Positions 1 through 9,728 of a DNA stretch of 57,111 bases are shown here, piece after piece; position 1 is the first letter of the stretch; every line of letters begins with the position of its first letter. Source of the stretch: Bacteroidota bacterium (GTDB taxonomy: Bacteria > Bacteroidota > Bacteroidia > Chitinophagales > Chitinophagaceae). Location: NCBI GenBank assembly GCA_041156925.1, contig JBEBDP010000011.1, positions 1-57,111 of the forward strand, written 5' to 3'. The notes under the pieces are model-generated. The model was not told the DNA's origin. It did not search any database and saw only the letters and a program-made list of their open reading frames with translations. Position numbers and translations under genes: made by a program.

Positions 1-308
1 CCTGCGGCCAATGCTTCAAAAATTTTATCATCCTCTTCATGAACTGTGCAAATCATGAATTGAACTTTAGGACATTTCTGTTTTAAAAATTTTACAGCTT
101 TGATACCAGAAATTTCTCCCAAATCAATATCCATTAATACAACATGGGGAGCAGATAAGCAGAGTGCTTCAACAGCTTCTTCACCACTTGAAAATTCACC
201 ATTCAAAGTACACTTGTCTGATTGTCTGATTACTTCAGCAAGTTGATTGCGAACAAAATGGTTGTCTTCAACAATACTAACCCGAATTTTATCGGCGGTA
301 TTTTCCAT
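1..308 (-). CDS. NarL/LuxR-type response regulator, N-terminal receiver domain (runs off the left edge)
   Basis: Not in the ORF track; translated by hand as MENTADKIRVSIVEDNHFVR...PHVVLMDIDLGEISG...FMICTVHEEDDKIFEALAAG. Shows the receiver acidic pair (ED), the phospho-acceptor Asp in LMDI, and the conserved Thr. Confidence 0.88.
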   Translation of the reverse strand, partial: MENTADKIRVSIVEDNHFVRNQLAEVIRQSDKCTLNGEFSSGEEAVEALCLSAPHVVLMDIDLGEISGIKAVKFLKQKCPKVQFMICTVHEEDDKIFEALAA

Positions 309-350
309 AATTGTTTGGACGAATAGGATCTGTTAGCCTAAATGGTTAAA

Positions 351-358
351 CAAAAGTA
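351..358 (-). promoter_or_regulatory. Bacteroidota sigma70 -7 element TACTTTTG upstream of the response regulator
   Basis: Plus-strand CAAAAGTA matches TAnnTTTG on the minus strand, about 40 nt above the ATG. Confidence 0.55.
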
Positions 359-379
359 ATGTAAAAAACCCATGCTGTG

Positions 380-1027
380 TTAAATCGGAACGTACAGAAC
401 ATACTTTTCAGCAAAAAAGGCTTCAGGAAAAATCGACTGTATCGGGGTGACATATGGTCTTAATTGGGAGTCTGCTATTTCCTGAGTAAGATCACCACCT
501 TTTAAGCAAATCAATCCATTTTTATAGTCCTCAATTGGTCTTGCATTCCTGATCAATGGTTTTCCCCAAGTCCATAATTCCTTTAAAGGAGCAACCGCTC
601 TAGATACAACAAAATCAAACTTTCTTCCTTTGATTTGTTCAGCCCTAGTATGTTCAAAACTAATATTATCTAGGCCTAACTCATTTTTTACTGCCTCCAC
701 CACCTTAAGCTTTTTGGCAATGGAATCCACCAAGTGGAATTGAACATCTGGAAAAAAAATAGCCAATGGCACTCCTGGAAAACCTCCACCAGTCCCGATA
801 TCAATAATTTCTAATCCAGGCACAAAGGGGTACTGTGCAGCGATGGAAAGTGAATGCAGAACATGTCTTTCATACAACGCATCTATATCCTTTCTTGAGA
901 TTACATTAATCTTCTGGTTCCATTCAGCATAAATGGGACCTAATCGTCTAAATTGATCGATTTGTTTTGGGGTAAAATCAGAAAAATAATTGGTAATCAG
1001 TTCCAATGGTTCTTTGGCGTTTTCCAT
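380..1027 (-). CDS. rsmG: 16S rRNA m7G527 methyltransferase RsmG (GidB)
   Basis: Motifs WNQKINVISR, HVLHSL, DIGTGGGFPG, SRAV, LKG. Start chosen at MENAK (1027) rather than the longest ORF (1075). Confidence 0.95.
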   Translation of the reverse strand: MENAKEPLELITNYFSDFTPKQIDQFRRLGPIYAEWNQKINVISRKDIDALYERHVLHSLSIAAQYPFVPGLEIIDIGTGGGFPGVPLAIFFPDVQFHLVDSIAKKLKVVEAVKNELGLDNISFEHTRAEQIKGRKFDFVVSRAVAPLKELWTWGKPLIRNARPIEDYKNGLICLKGGDLTQEIADSQLRPYVTPIQSIFPEAFFAEKYVLYVPI

Positions 1028-2112
1028 AATGATGACATGAAAATCAAATAATAAAAAAACATCCAGATATCCCATAAGGGGAAAAGAACAAATAAATCAG
1101 TTTCTCCTAATCGTTTCATCGATTTAAAGAATACCAATCCCTGCACCAACAATTTCAGCACCAATACACCCACAACCCATCTCCAATCAAAAGTAAATAT
1201 TGCTCCAACAAACAATGGATAAAAAAGGAACTGACTTAACATATAAGCCCCTAATACCCATTTGTGTTCAGATTTATAATATTTGCCAGTAGCGTTATGC
1301 CTCTCTTTCTGCGCAAGCCATTCCGACCATCTTCTGGCTGGTGTTGAATAGGTAAATGCTGCCGGATCAATTACCACAGCAGTATTATCATTGTTAGCAC
1401 AACCATTGATAAATAGATCATCATCTCCACCCGGTAAATGGTGATGCGCTGCAAACCCTTTTTGTCGGTAAAAAAGCTCCTTTTTGTAGGCTAAATTTCT
1501 ACCTACACCCATATAAGGCATGCCCCCAAGTGCAAAAGATAAATATTGAAGTGCTGTATGAAAAGTATCAAAACGAATGATTTTGTTCAGCAAGCTTTTT
1601 TCTTTTTTATACGCCCCATAACCCAGAACTATTTCAATACCTGAATGAAATGCTGCTTGCATTTTCTTGATCCAATGCTCTGATGCTGGAATACAGTCGG
1701 CATCAGTCAGCAACAACACCTCATGCTTAGCTGATTTTATTCCCATCGACAAGGGGAATTTTTTTCCTGGAATATGAACAGCCTCCTGTTTGAGTTCAAC
1801 AATATGCAATTGCTTAAAATCCTTGTACAACCCTTCCAGCAAGAACTTGGTATCATCTTGAGAATTGTCGTTTACAACAACTATTTCATGTGTACTACGG
1901 TATTGCTGTGCCAATACCCCTGGTAAATTCTTTTCAATTTCGTCTGCTTCATCTCGTGCGCAGATGACCACACTAACAGCGTGTTCATAGGAGAACTCCT
2001 TTTCTTTTGGCCGGTGAAAAGCCAATAAACGAAAATACCTAAGGTAATAAAACAGTAAAATAACCGTAACCAATAAAAAAGCCGACATGGGCAGCCACAT
2101 GAACATACTCAT
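997..2112 (-). CDS. Membrane glycosyltransferase family 2
   Basis: SVVICARDE, VVNDNSQD, the DxD motif TDADC, GDDDL and QKERH (QxxRW-like), with N- and C-terminal TM segments. Start at 2112 chosen from the promoter position. Confidence 0.9.
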   Translation of the reverse strand: MSMFMWLPMSAFLLVTVILLFYYLRYFRLLAFHRPKEKEFSYEHAVSVVICARDEADEIEKNLPGVLAQQYRSTHEIVVVNDNSQDDTKFLLEGLYKDFKQLHIVELKQEAVHIPGKKFPLSMGIKSAKHEVLLLTDADCIPASEHWIKKMQAAFHSGIEIVLGYGAYKKEKSLLNKIIRFDTFHTALQYLSFALGGMPYMGVGRNLAYKKELFYRQKGFAAHHHLPGGDDDLFINGCANNDNTAVVIDPAAFTYSTPARRWSEWLAQKERHNATGKYYKSEHKWVLGAYMLSQFLFYPLFVGAIFTFDWRWVVGVLVLKLLVQGLVFFKSMKRLGETDLFVLFPLWDIWMFFYYLIFMSSLWKTPKNHWN

Positions 2113-2117
2113 GGGTT

Positions 2118-2136
2118 CGAAGATACAATATCTTTG
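2118..2136. promoter_or_regulatory. Back-to-back -7 elements (bidirectional promoter) between GT2 and folC
   Basis: CGAAGATA-CAA-TATCTTTG reads TATCTTCG on minus and TATCTTTG on plus, each 4-5 nt before an ATG. Confidence 0.6.
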
Positions 2137-2140
2137 CAGC

Positions 2141-3448
2141 ATGAACTACAAAGCAGCTGTTGAATATCTCTATACCAAACTACCCATGTTCAGCAAAACG
2201 GGGGTGGCCGCTTTAAAAATGGATCTTGCCAATACATTAACCATATGCTCCTACTTAAACAATCCACACCATAGCTTTAAATCCATCCATGTAGCTGGCA
2301 CCAATGGTAAAGGTTCAGTAAGTCATATGTTGGCTTCTATTCTTCAGGAACAAGGCTATAAAACAGGTTTATATACTTCACCTCATTTAGAAGATTTTCG
2401 TGAAAGAATAAAGGTCAACGGCGAAATGATACCTGAAGAAGCTGTGGTTGGTTTTACAGAAAGAATAACCCCTCTTATAGAAGAAATTGGACCCTCGTTT
2501 TTCGAAGTAACAGTTGGCATGGCTTTTGAATATTTCGCCCAACAGGATGTAGATTTTGCAGTGATTGAAACGGGACTAGGAGGTCGTTTGGACAGCACAA
2601 ATGTTATCCATCCAATAATATCAGTAATTACTAATATTAGTTATGACCATGTACAGATTCTAGGGAATACCCTCGATAAAATTGCCTCTGAAAAAGCTGG
2701 TATTATAAAGGCCCACACTCCAGTGGTAATTGGAAAATCGCAACCTGAATCCAAACCCGTATTTGAACAAAAAGCCTTGTCGGAAAACGCTTCTATATAT
2801 TTTGCGGATCAGATTTGGTCGTCTACCATTATTGAAGATCATCCTACCACACTTTCAATTCACTTAAAAAGTTCAATCAATAATCAACAACTCACCTACC
2901 ACTCTCCACTTGCAGGCAGCTACCAACAAGAGAACATCATCACGGTACGTGTAACGGTAGATCTATTACGTCAATTGAACTTGCAGATTGATGAGCAAGC
3001 CATTCAAAATGGAATTAAACATGTAATCTTGAATACTGGCTTGCATGGCAGATGGGAAACCATATCCACTTCACCTTTGATTATTTTAGATGTTGCGCAC
3101 AATGCTGATGGAGTTAAAAAAATGCTCGAGCAGCTCAAGCGATTCAACTTCAAAAACTTATACTTGGTAGTTGGCATATCAGCAGACAAAGATGTAAATG
3201 AAGTTTTATCGCTTTTACCCAAACATGCTCAATATGCCTTCACCAAAGCACATTTGCCAAGGGCAATGGATCCTACTCAATTGAAAGAAATGGCAATGCA
3301 ACATCAATTAACAGGTGAATGTTTTGAAAACGTAAATGATGCCATAGAACAGTTTAAAACAAAAGCGGAAGATGAAGATTTGATTCTGGTATGTGGAAGT
3401 ATTTTTGTTGTAGGAGAAGTGGACAGAAAAAGATTTATTTCCAATTGA
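2141..3448 (+). CDS. folC: Folylpolyglutamate synthase/dihydrofolate synthase
   Basis: IHVAGTNGKGS, GLYTSPHL, ETGLGGRLDSTN, EKAGIIK, DVAHN. Start MNYK at 2141. Confidence 0.96.
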   Translation: MNYKAAVEYLYTKLPMFSKTGVAALKMDLANTLTICSYLNNPHHSFKSIHVAGTNGKGSVSHMLASILQEQGYKTGLYTSPHLEDFRERIKVNGEMIPEEAVVGFTERITPLIEEIGPSFFEVTVGMAFEYFAQQDVDFAVIETGLGGRLDSTNVIHPIISVITNISYDHVQILGNTLDKIASEKAGIIKAHTPVVIGKSQPESKPVFEQKALSENASIYFADQIWSSTIIEDHPTTLSIHLKSSINNQQLTYHSPLAGSYQQENIITVRVTVDLLRQLNLQIDEQAIQNGIKHVILNTGLHGRWETISTSPLIILDVAHNADGVKKMLEQLKRFNFKNLYLVVGISADKDVNEVLSLLPKHAQYAFTKAHLPRAMDPTQLKEMAMQHQLTGECFENVNDAIEQFKTKAEDEDLILVCGSIFVVGEVDRKRFISN

Positions 3449-3986
3449 GCTCTCCCATTTTATTAAGCGCATAGAACAAGGCAGTCGCATGCATACTTTG
3501 TAGTACTTCCTGTTTCTGTAAAAGAGCTTTGACCTCTTCTAAGCTTAAATAGACTAATTCTATTTCCTCATTTTGGTCGAGTTGCTGTTCACCGGTTAAT
3601 TCACCACCCGTTGCAAGAAAAAAATGCATCCAGTTGTTATGCGTGGATGGATTAGCAGAGGTCTTACCTAAATAGGTATAGCTATCAAATATATACCCAG
3701 TCTCCTCTTTAAGCTCTCTAGCAATTGCGTCTTGTAAATTTTTATCTTCTCTATCTACACATCCTCCAGGAATTTCAAGCATGGTCAATCCCGCAGCATG
3801 TCTGTATTGCCGCTCAAAGATAAATTTACCGTCTTTGGTTAGTGCTACGGCAGTCACCCATTCTGGAAATTCATACACATAATATGGATCGACTATTTGT
3901 CCAGCTGAACGTTCACAAGTATCCTTTCTTACAGTAAACCAAAGGTCCTTGAATAAATACTCTGACTTAAGGAGCTTCCACTTCAT
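3435..3986 (-). CDS. NUDIX hydrolase (ADP-ribose pyrophosphatase-like)
   Basis: Nudix box EIPGG...ARELKEETG and QYRH. Confidence 0.9.
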   Translation of the reverse strand: MKWKLLKSEYLFKDLWFTVRKDTCERSAGQIVDPYYVYEFPEWVTAVALTKDGKFIFERQYRHAAGLTMLEIPGGCVDREDKNLQDAIARELKEETGYIFDSYTYLGKTSANPSTHNNWMHFFLATGGELTGEQQLDQNEEIELVYLSLEEVKALLQKQEVLQSMHATALFYALNKMGELNWK

Positions 3987-4870
3987 TAGATATTTTTTGT
4001 CGCCCTGATTAATGCTCTTCTAATATAGGGAGCCTTTAATTTTTTATCATAGTGAAATATCATGTACCCCTGCGAAGGCTCAACCTTATAATTCTTGTGC
4101 TGCAACCACTGAGTAAATTCCTGCTCATCATCATGTTGATGATAAGTACAAAGTGCAATTTTCATTGTGCCGGCTTCTTCAATCGTTTGCTTAAATCCCC
4201 TCAACAATCCCCATTCTCCACCATCAACATCAATTTTCAAAAACGTAATCGACTTATCCTTAAAAAAAACATCACCAGAACAATGTTTTTCATCATTTCT
4301 ATCTGAAACAAATTTAGGGACAATCTCAACTTTATCTTGCCAAGGTTTAAAGGTTAAACGCAATGCCTCAATCCATTCAGGATCGTACTCAAATAAATAA
4401 GCTTTTTTAATTCGATCAATTACTGCTAGTGTAAAATTACCTTCTGCAGCACCAAAATCAGCAAGTACATCATTTTGATCCAAATCAAATCGATCTGACA
4501 AATAACGATGTGGGCTCTTTTCGTCTTGTTCCAAGGTTAAATCATGGAAAGACTTTTTTATTCTGTTAACCGACCATTTCTTTTTAAAATACAGACGCTT
4601 TCCGTCCTGCAAAACATAATGCATCCCATGTTCATCATCATGAAATACCTGAATGTCTTCTTGATTATACTTTTCTGTAAAATGGTAAGGGAAAATTTGA
4701 ACACCATGATTGCGCACATATTCTACAACATCCTTACGCTCCTGATCTTCACTATACCCAACAGAAGCTTCATGATACGCTGGTATCTGTTTTTGCAAAC
4801 GAGACAACAATATTTTTGTACGAATGGGCTTTGGTACTAAAATCCTGTACAGCTGAAAGGCAAATGACAT
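3986..4870 (-). CDS. FkbM-like SAM-dependent methyltransferase
   Basis: DFGAAEG SAM-binding motif, KIDVDGGE (FkbM KxDxEG-like), CTYH. Confidence 0.7.
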   Translation of the reverse strand: MSFAFQLYRILVPKPIRTKILLSRLQKQIPAYHEASVGYSEDQERKDVVEYVRNHGVQIFPYHFTEKYNQEDIQVFHDDEHGMHYVLQDGKRLYFKKKWSVNRIKKSFHDLTLEQDEKSPHRYLSDRFDLDQNDVLADFGAAEGNFTLAVIDRIKKAYLFEYDPEWIEALRLTFKPWQDKVEIVPKFVSDRNDEKHCSGDVFFKDKSITFLKIDVDGGEWGLLRGFKQTIEEAGTMKIALCTYHQHDDEQEFTQWLQHKNYKVEPSQGYMIFHYDKKLKAPYIRRALIRATKNI

Positions 4871-4893
4871 AAAGCTTATTTAATCTGTTTAGC

Positions 4894-4901
4894 CAAAGCT
4901 A
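4894..4901 (-). promoter_or_regulatory. -7 element TAGCTTTG for the FkbM-like gene
   Basis: Matches TAnnTTTG, 23 nt above the ATG. Confidence 0.5.
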
Positions 4902-4926
4902 TACAATGTAGATGACTAGGATGTGG

Positions 4927-5982
4927 TTATTTGTACCAAACTACAATAAGAGAACGGACTTCTCCTTCAGGGATGCCCAATGCTGATACAGCCGCATTAC
5001 TTATTCTTAACTGCATTCCTTCACTTTCTTTACCAGGGGGAACAACACCTAGTACTTTAGCATGAATTGTATATCCGGTTTTACTATCAGTCAATTTGAC
5101 AATTGTACCAGGAACCACATCGTTTATAAGTATGTAATACTTTCCATCTTGCCAACCACTTGAACTTTTAAAAATACCATAAATTGGATTTTCAAGTTTC
5201 TGCTCCTTTCCTTCCTTTGATTGCTGTAAAAAATCTGTAGCAAAATAATTCTTTAAGCCAGGAGCAGTCATTTTATTTTCTGCAGCCTGTACTTTGGGTT
5301 GATTAACTTTTTCCGATGTCTTTGGGGCAACTTTAGGTGCTTCCTCTTTAGGCTTTTCTGTTACAACAGTTGACTTTTGCGTTACTGGCGGTGTAACCGT
5401 CTGTGTTTTTTGTGGAGTAGGGTTAACTGTAACCACAGGGGTTGAAGCAGGTAAAACAGTTGTTACAGTTGAAGCAGGAGCAGTTGATTTAGGAACATTT
5501 GTATTGGAAGTGGATGGCGGAGTTATTGATGGAGTTGCATTTTGACTTGCTGCGCCAATATAGCCAACAACCAACTGATAGCCTATATTGACTTGATCAG
5601 CAGTTAGCCCATTTAGGTTTTTTATTCCAGCCAAACTCATATCATAGGTTGTCGCAACTTTTAGAAGCCCCTCTTTTGGCTGAACAGCATGGTATACTGG
5701 AACACCAACTGCAGAAACTGTTTGTATAAAATTAGTAGCATTCAAAGGCACTTTTAGCGCTTGTCCAATCGACAGCCCCTTGTCCATGCTAAGTCCGTTG
5801 AATGACGCTATTTCTTTTGGACTGATTGCATATGCCCTACCAACACTGTACCAATTTTCTTTAGGTTGAACTTTATGCTCTATGTAAATACCTCGCTCAT
5901 TTTTTGCTGCATACAATTTTGTCTGCTGTGCATAAGCTTGCAAGGAAAAAGTAAACAATAAAAAGAAGAGAATTGCTTTCAT
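4927..5982 (-). CDS. Secreted LysM-LysM protein with Pro/Thr linker and C-terminal DPBB (RlpA-like) domain
   Basis: Signal peptide MKAILFF...AYA; two LysM repeats (HKVQPKENWYSVGRAY...LSIGQALKVP and YHAVQPKEGLLKVA...VNIGYQLVV); PTS-rich linker; C-terminal PGTIVKLT...RISNAAVSALG. Confidence 0.8.
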   Translation of the reverse strand: MKAILFFLLFTFSLQAYAQQTKLYAAKNERGIYIEHKVQPKENWYSVGRAYAISPKEIASFNGLSMDKGLSIGQALKVPLNATNFIQTVSAVGVPVYHAVQPKEGLLKVATTYDMSLAGIKNLNGLTADQVNIGYQLVVGYIGAASQNATPSITPPSTSNTNVPKSTAPASTVTTVLPASTPVVTVNPTPQKTQTVTPPVTQKSTVVTEKPKEEAPKVAPKTSEKVNQPKVQAAENKMTAPGLKNYFATDFLQQSKEGKEQKLENPIYGIFKSSSGWQDGKYYILINDVVPGTIVKLTDSKTGYTIHAKVLGVVPPGKESEGMQLRISNAAVSALGIPEGEVRSLIVVWYK

Positions 5983-6016
5983 ATGAGCTTCTTACAATTA
6001 AAAAATGCGATATAGT

Positions 6017-6024
6017 CAAAGATA
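6017..6024 (-). promoter_or_regulatory. -7 element TATCTTTG for the LysM gene
   Basis: Exact TAnnTTTG match, 34 nt above the ATG. Confidence 0.55.
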
Positions 6025-6073
6025 ACAAAAAGCCATTTCAGGCATTAGAGAAAACTAGAATTTTAACATATAA

Positions 6074-7438
6074 TCAACCCCGCATCAAAATGCGCCAATT
6101 CAATGGGTAGTGATTCTTTGCTTTACCCTGAACTTGTTTCACCCAACCCAATGCAATTTGCTTGTATCGCACCAATGACCAACCTTTTGGGACATCTCCA
6201 AGATCCAAGGTCTCTCTCCGTAGATATTGCAAAGATTGTTTAAGGTCAATTTCAATATGTGGTATATGAGAAGATTGTATTGTAGACATCGCCAACTCAT
6301 GATTGGGAATAAAATCATCCCTTATCAACTCACCTAACCGCAAACCTGATTTACGCAACTTCAACACACTTGAAAGCAGGATTAATTCTTGAGCATATTG
6401 GGTATCAAATGCAAAAATCTCTTCCGCCTTTTGATAAAAGTACAAATGTTCAGCACCATTGATCCATGCACTTAAATCAACTTTCAAGGATAAATTTTTA
6501 GGCGGCCCAGGATACTTTATTCCATTGTGCGTAGACAAACTCGTTCTTCTCAATAGACCACAAAAGAAACCTTCCCCTTTAACTTTATTTGGATAAAAAC
6601 GGTACCCATGTGCCCCGTTTTTTTCAGAATGTGTATGTACAATATCCCAAGATGAGTCTATTGGAACAGCTACTGACTCAAACATTCCTGTATCAATCAA
6701 ATAATCCAAATTGTCTTCATTCTCTTGACTAGAAAAAGAACAGGTGGAATAAAACAAATAACCTCCCTCTGCAATAGTTTCACTAGCGGCATGTAATATG
6801 CGTTTTTGGCGTGCAGCACAGAAACCAACTAAATCAGGAGTCCATTCGTCCATCGCCTTTTCATCTTTTCTAAATAGTCCACTCCCACTGCAGGGTGCGT
6901 CTACTACTACAAAATCAAAATAACCAGGTAATCTTTGAAAATCATTTGGATCATTATTCGTCACCAAAACTTTCATCTCTCCCCACTTAATGATATTCTC
7001 TTGTAAAACTGAAACACGCGATTGAATGATTTCATTTGAGACAATTATTCCAAATTGCTGCATACCTGCTAACAAGGTAGACTTTCCGCCAGGCGCTGCA
7101 CACATATCTAAAGCCTTGTATCCTGCTCCGTCTTGAAATAGACTCTTAACTACATGATGCAAAAACATACTCGATGCCTCTTGCACATAATAGGCTCCAG
7201 CGTGAAACAAGGGATCAAGAGTAAAAGAAGGACGCTCATTTAAAACAAATGCTCCATCACACCAAGGCACCTCTGAACTTATATTTGCTTCATTGATAAT
7301 ATCCGCATAAGAATTAACCTTGTTTTGATTAATTCTAATCGAGACAACAGGCGACGTTTGATGTGATGCTATAAATGCATCTTTCTCAAACCCTTGACAA
7401 TGCTCTATATGCGCTAAAAAATCAGTTTTCAATTTCAT
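6074..7438 (-). CDS. rsmF: RNA m5C methyltransferase, RsmF/NOL1/NOP2/Sun family
   Basis: YVQEASSM, DMCAAPGGKS, DAPCSG and YSTCS (both catalytic Cys present), plus a C-terminal PUA-like region. Confidence 0.85.
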   Translation of the reverse strand: MKLKTDFLAHIEHCQGFEKDAFIASHQTSPVVSIRINQNKVNSYADIINEANISSEVPWCDGAFVLNERPSFTLDPLFHAGAYYVQEASSMFLHHVVKSLFQDGAGYKALDMCAAPGGKSTLLAGMQQFGIIVSNEIIQSRVSVLQENIIKWGEMKVLVTNNDPNDFQRLPGYFDFVVVDAPCSGSGLFRKDEKAMDEWTPDLVGFCAARQKRILHAASETIAEGGYLFYSTCSFSSQENEDNLDYLIDTGMFESVAVPIDSSWDIVHTHSEKNGAHGYRFYPNKVKGEGFFCGLLRRTSLSTHNGIKYPGPPKNLSLKVDLSAWINGAEHLYFYQKAEEIFAFDTQYAQELILLSSVLKLRKSGLRLGELIRDDFIPNHELAMSTIQSSHIPHIEIDLKQSLQYLRRETLDLGDVPKGWSLVRYKQIALGWVKQVQGKAKNHYPLNWRILMRG

Positions 7439-9663
7439 TTACTAAGAATAGCAATAGCCTGCTGTACTACAGCATTAAATTCTTTTAAAGTATTGGTCAA
7501 TACAACAATTCGCTCCTGAGCTTCATTCCAATTTTTCTCCTCAATACCTTCTCTAACACCTGGCAAAGTCTTTACCCCATAACCTGTATAAAATCCAGGT
7601 GCATAAATCTGATGCTTATACCAAGGTCTGCGAGGCAACCCTTTATCATTCAACAAGCTTTGTTCTGCTGTAAATAAAATTTTATTCAATCGGCCAAGTT
7701 GCTCTGCATTCAATTGATCAGCTTGAGGAAACAATGATTTTAATTGCTGAGAAGAAGACATCAATGCATGTAACGCATTGTCTAAATTACCAAACTCCAA
7801 ATAAGGAACAGAAGGATGCTTAATTGGCAAACCTCTTGGCGATTTTGGATCAGCAGCCAATTGGAATACTTTTTCATCTATCAATTTATTATCCATTTCC
7901 ACATCAGACCTCAATTGATCGAGCAACCCTTTTACATCCGTTAGGTATCCAGAAATGGTATTGGTAAGTATTTGGTAATCGAAGGGCAATACATCTGCAT
8001 TGGCTAGTCTCAACATGGACCTACCTGCAGTTTTTGCCAATGCAACTCCATATTGAAATCCTGGATCTTTAAACCGTACAAAATGATCGTATGAATCATA
8101 AATAGAATGGTATTCACCACCACTTCCCTCGCCTCCAAAACCAATATTAGCAGATGGAATACCCAGGTGCTGAAAGAATGGTGAGTAATCAGATCCTGCA
8201 CCCAATGCTTCAATTTTCATGTATTTGTTTCCTAACATTCTAGCACGAGCATTCTTATCTGCACTGGCCAACATTCTTGCATAACGTCTATCTCGAACAC
8301 TCACACCAGTTTGCGGATCAATAACATCAGCTGCTATTTCATTAAAAAATCCTTCCAAAGCATGTGATCCACCAATACCAATAAATCCTCTGCTGTTTCC
8401 ATCAGAATTCAAATAAGCGACTGTCTTCTGCTGTAATTCATTGGCATGATCTTCTACCCATTCAGTAGAGCCCAACAAAGCTGGCTCTTCTCCATCCCAT
8501 GCAGCAAATACAACTGTCCGTTTTGGCCTCATGCCTTGCCTTGCCAATTCACCTATTGCTCTAGCTTCATCCATCTCAGCAACCATACCACTGATAGGAT
8601 CAGCAGCACCTAAATTCCACCCATCATGATGGTTGCCTCTGATAACCCACTCATCTGGATAGACACTGCCTTTCATTTTCGCAATAACATTGTACAAAGG
8701 TTTGATATCCCAATTAAATTCTAAATGCAATCTTACTTTTTGTGTACTCGGACCAGCATGATAAGTAATAGGAAGGCCTCCCTTCCATGCATCAGGAACA
8801 ACCGGACCACTCAATGATTGTAATAAGGGTAATGCATCTTCATAGGAGATAGGCAATACCGGAATCTTCATGATAGTGGTAACTTCCTCTCTATTCAAAC
8901 GCTTTGCATCTGCCGTGGAACCATAACCAGGTGTAGTTGGATCACCAGGATAAACAGGCATATCCATTACTGAACCCCTTTGTACACCTTGTTGCGGACG
9001 ATAGGGCCCATTGGGATAAACATCACCTGCAACATATCCATCATCTTTAGGATCAGAATAAATAATGCAACCAATTGCCCCATGCTCTGCAGCAACTTTT
9101 GGCTTGATGCCTCTCCATGATCCTCCATATTTTGCAATAACAATTTTACCCTTGACACTGATTCCCATTTTTTCTAACTCTTCATAATCAGCAGGTATAC
9201 CCCTGTTAACAAATACCAATTCAGCAGTTACGTCACCATCTGCAGAATAAGCGTTATAAGAAGGAAGTTGATCTTGTTTTATACCAGAGGTTGCATCTTC
9301 TTTTAAAGCACTTTCCTCAAGTTTTGCTTTGTATGGTTTAGCACCCAAGAGTTCAAGCGACCTAAATTTTGGAGTTGGGAAAAGTACATGATACACCGCA
9401 ATTTCAGTTTCATATCCCCATTGCTTGAATAAATCAGCCATGTATTCAGCATTTGCTTTTCCATGAACAGAACCGATATGATGAGGTTTAGAAGTCAGAA
9501 TTTTCATCCATTTGTCCTGGTCGGCCGCATTCAACAGACCATCAAACTTTTTTTCAAGATCATATTGTGCAGCACTGTTTTCTTTTAGAAAACCAGTGAT
9601 TTTTTTTTGCGCATGTAAACTAGAACTAACAAGAAATACAAGGGCTAAAGAAAATAGACGCAT
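7435..9663 (-). CDS. M28 glutamate carboxypeptidase II-like peptidase (PA, M28 and TfR-dimer domains), secreted
   Basis: Signal peptide; GNHHDGW, GAADP.SG, WDGEE, GSDY, YHS.YD; C-terminal GLPRRPWYKH. Confidence 0.9.
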   Translation of the reverse strand: MRLFSLALVFLVSSSLHAQKKITGFLKENSAAQYDLEKKFDGLLNAADQDKWMKILTSKPHHIGSVHGKANAEYMADLFKQWGYETEIAVYHVLFPTPKFRSLELLGAKPYKAKLEESALKEDATSGIKQDQLPSYNAYSADGDVTAELVFVNRGIPADYEELEKMGISVKGKIVIAKYGGSWRGIKPKVAAEHGAIGCIIYSDPKDDGYVAGDVYPNGPYRPQQGVQRGSVMDMPVYPGDPTTPGYGSTADAKRLNREEVTTIMKIPVLPISYEDALPLLQSLSGPVVPDAWKGGLPITYHAGPSTQKVRLHLEFNWDIKPLYNVIAKMKGSVYPDEWVIRGNHHDGWNLGAADPISGMVAEMDEARAIGELARQGMRPKRTVVFAAWDGEEPALLGSTEWVEDHANELQQKTVAYLNSDGNSRGFIGIGGSHALEGFFNEIAADVIDPQTGVSVRDRRYARMLASADKNARARMLGNKYMKIEALGAGSDYSPFFQHLGIPSANIGFGGEGSGGEYHSIYDSYDHFVRFKDPGFQYGVALAKTAGRSMLRLANADVLPFDYQILTNTISGYLTDVKGLLDQLRSDVEMDNKLIDEKVFQLAADPKSPRGLPIKHPSVPYLEFGNLDNALHALMSSSQQLKSLFPQADQLNAEQLGRLNKILFTAEQSLLNDKGLPRRPWYKHQIYAPGFYTGYGVKTLPGVREGIEEKNWNEAQERIVVLTNTLKEFNAVVQQAIAILSK

Positions 9664-9728
9664 ACAGAGGAATTTAGAAGCTTAAAAATAAGCATTCCCA
9701 TCCTTACGCAGAACAATAAAATAAATGA

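Noticed and set aside
997-1027. 31-bp GT2/rsmG overlap, and other short overlaps such as folC/NUDIX at 3435-3448
   Set aside because: These are ordinary results of tight gene packing.
5280-5550. Repeat-like sequence in the LysM gene
   Set aside because: It is a low-complexity Pro/Thr/Val linker, not a DNA repeat or CRISPR array.
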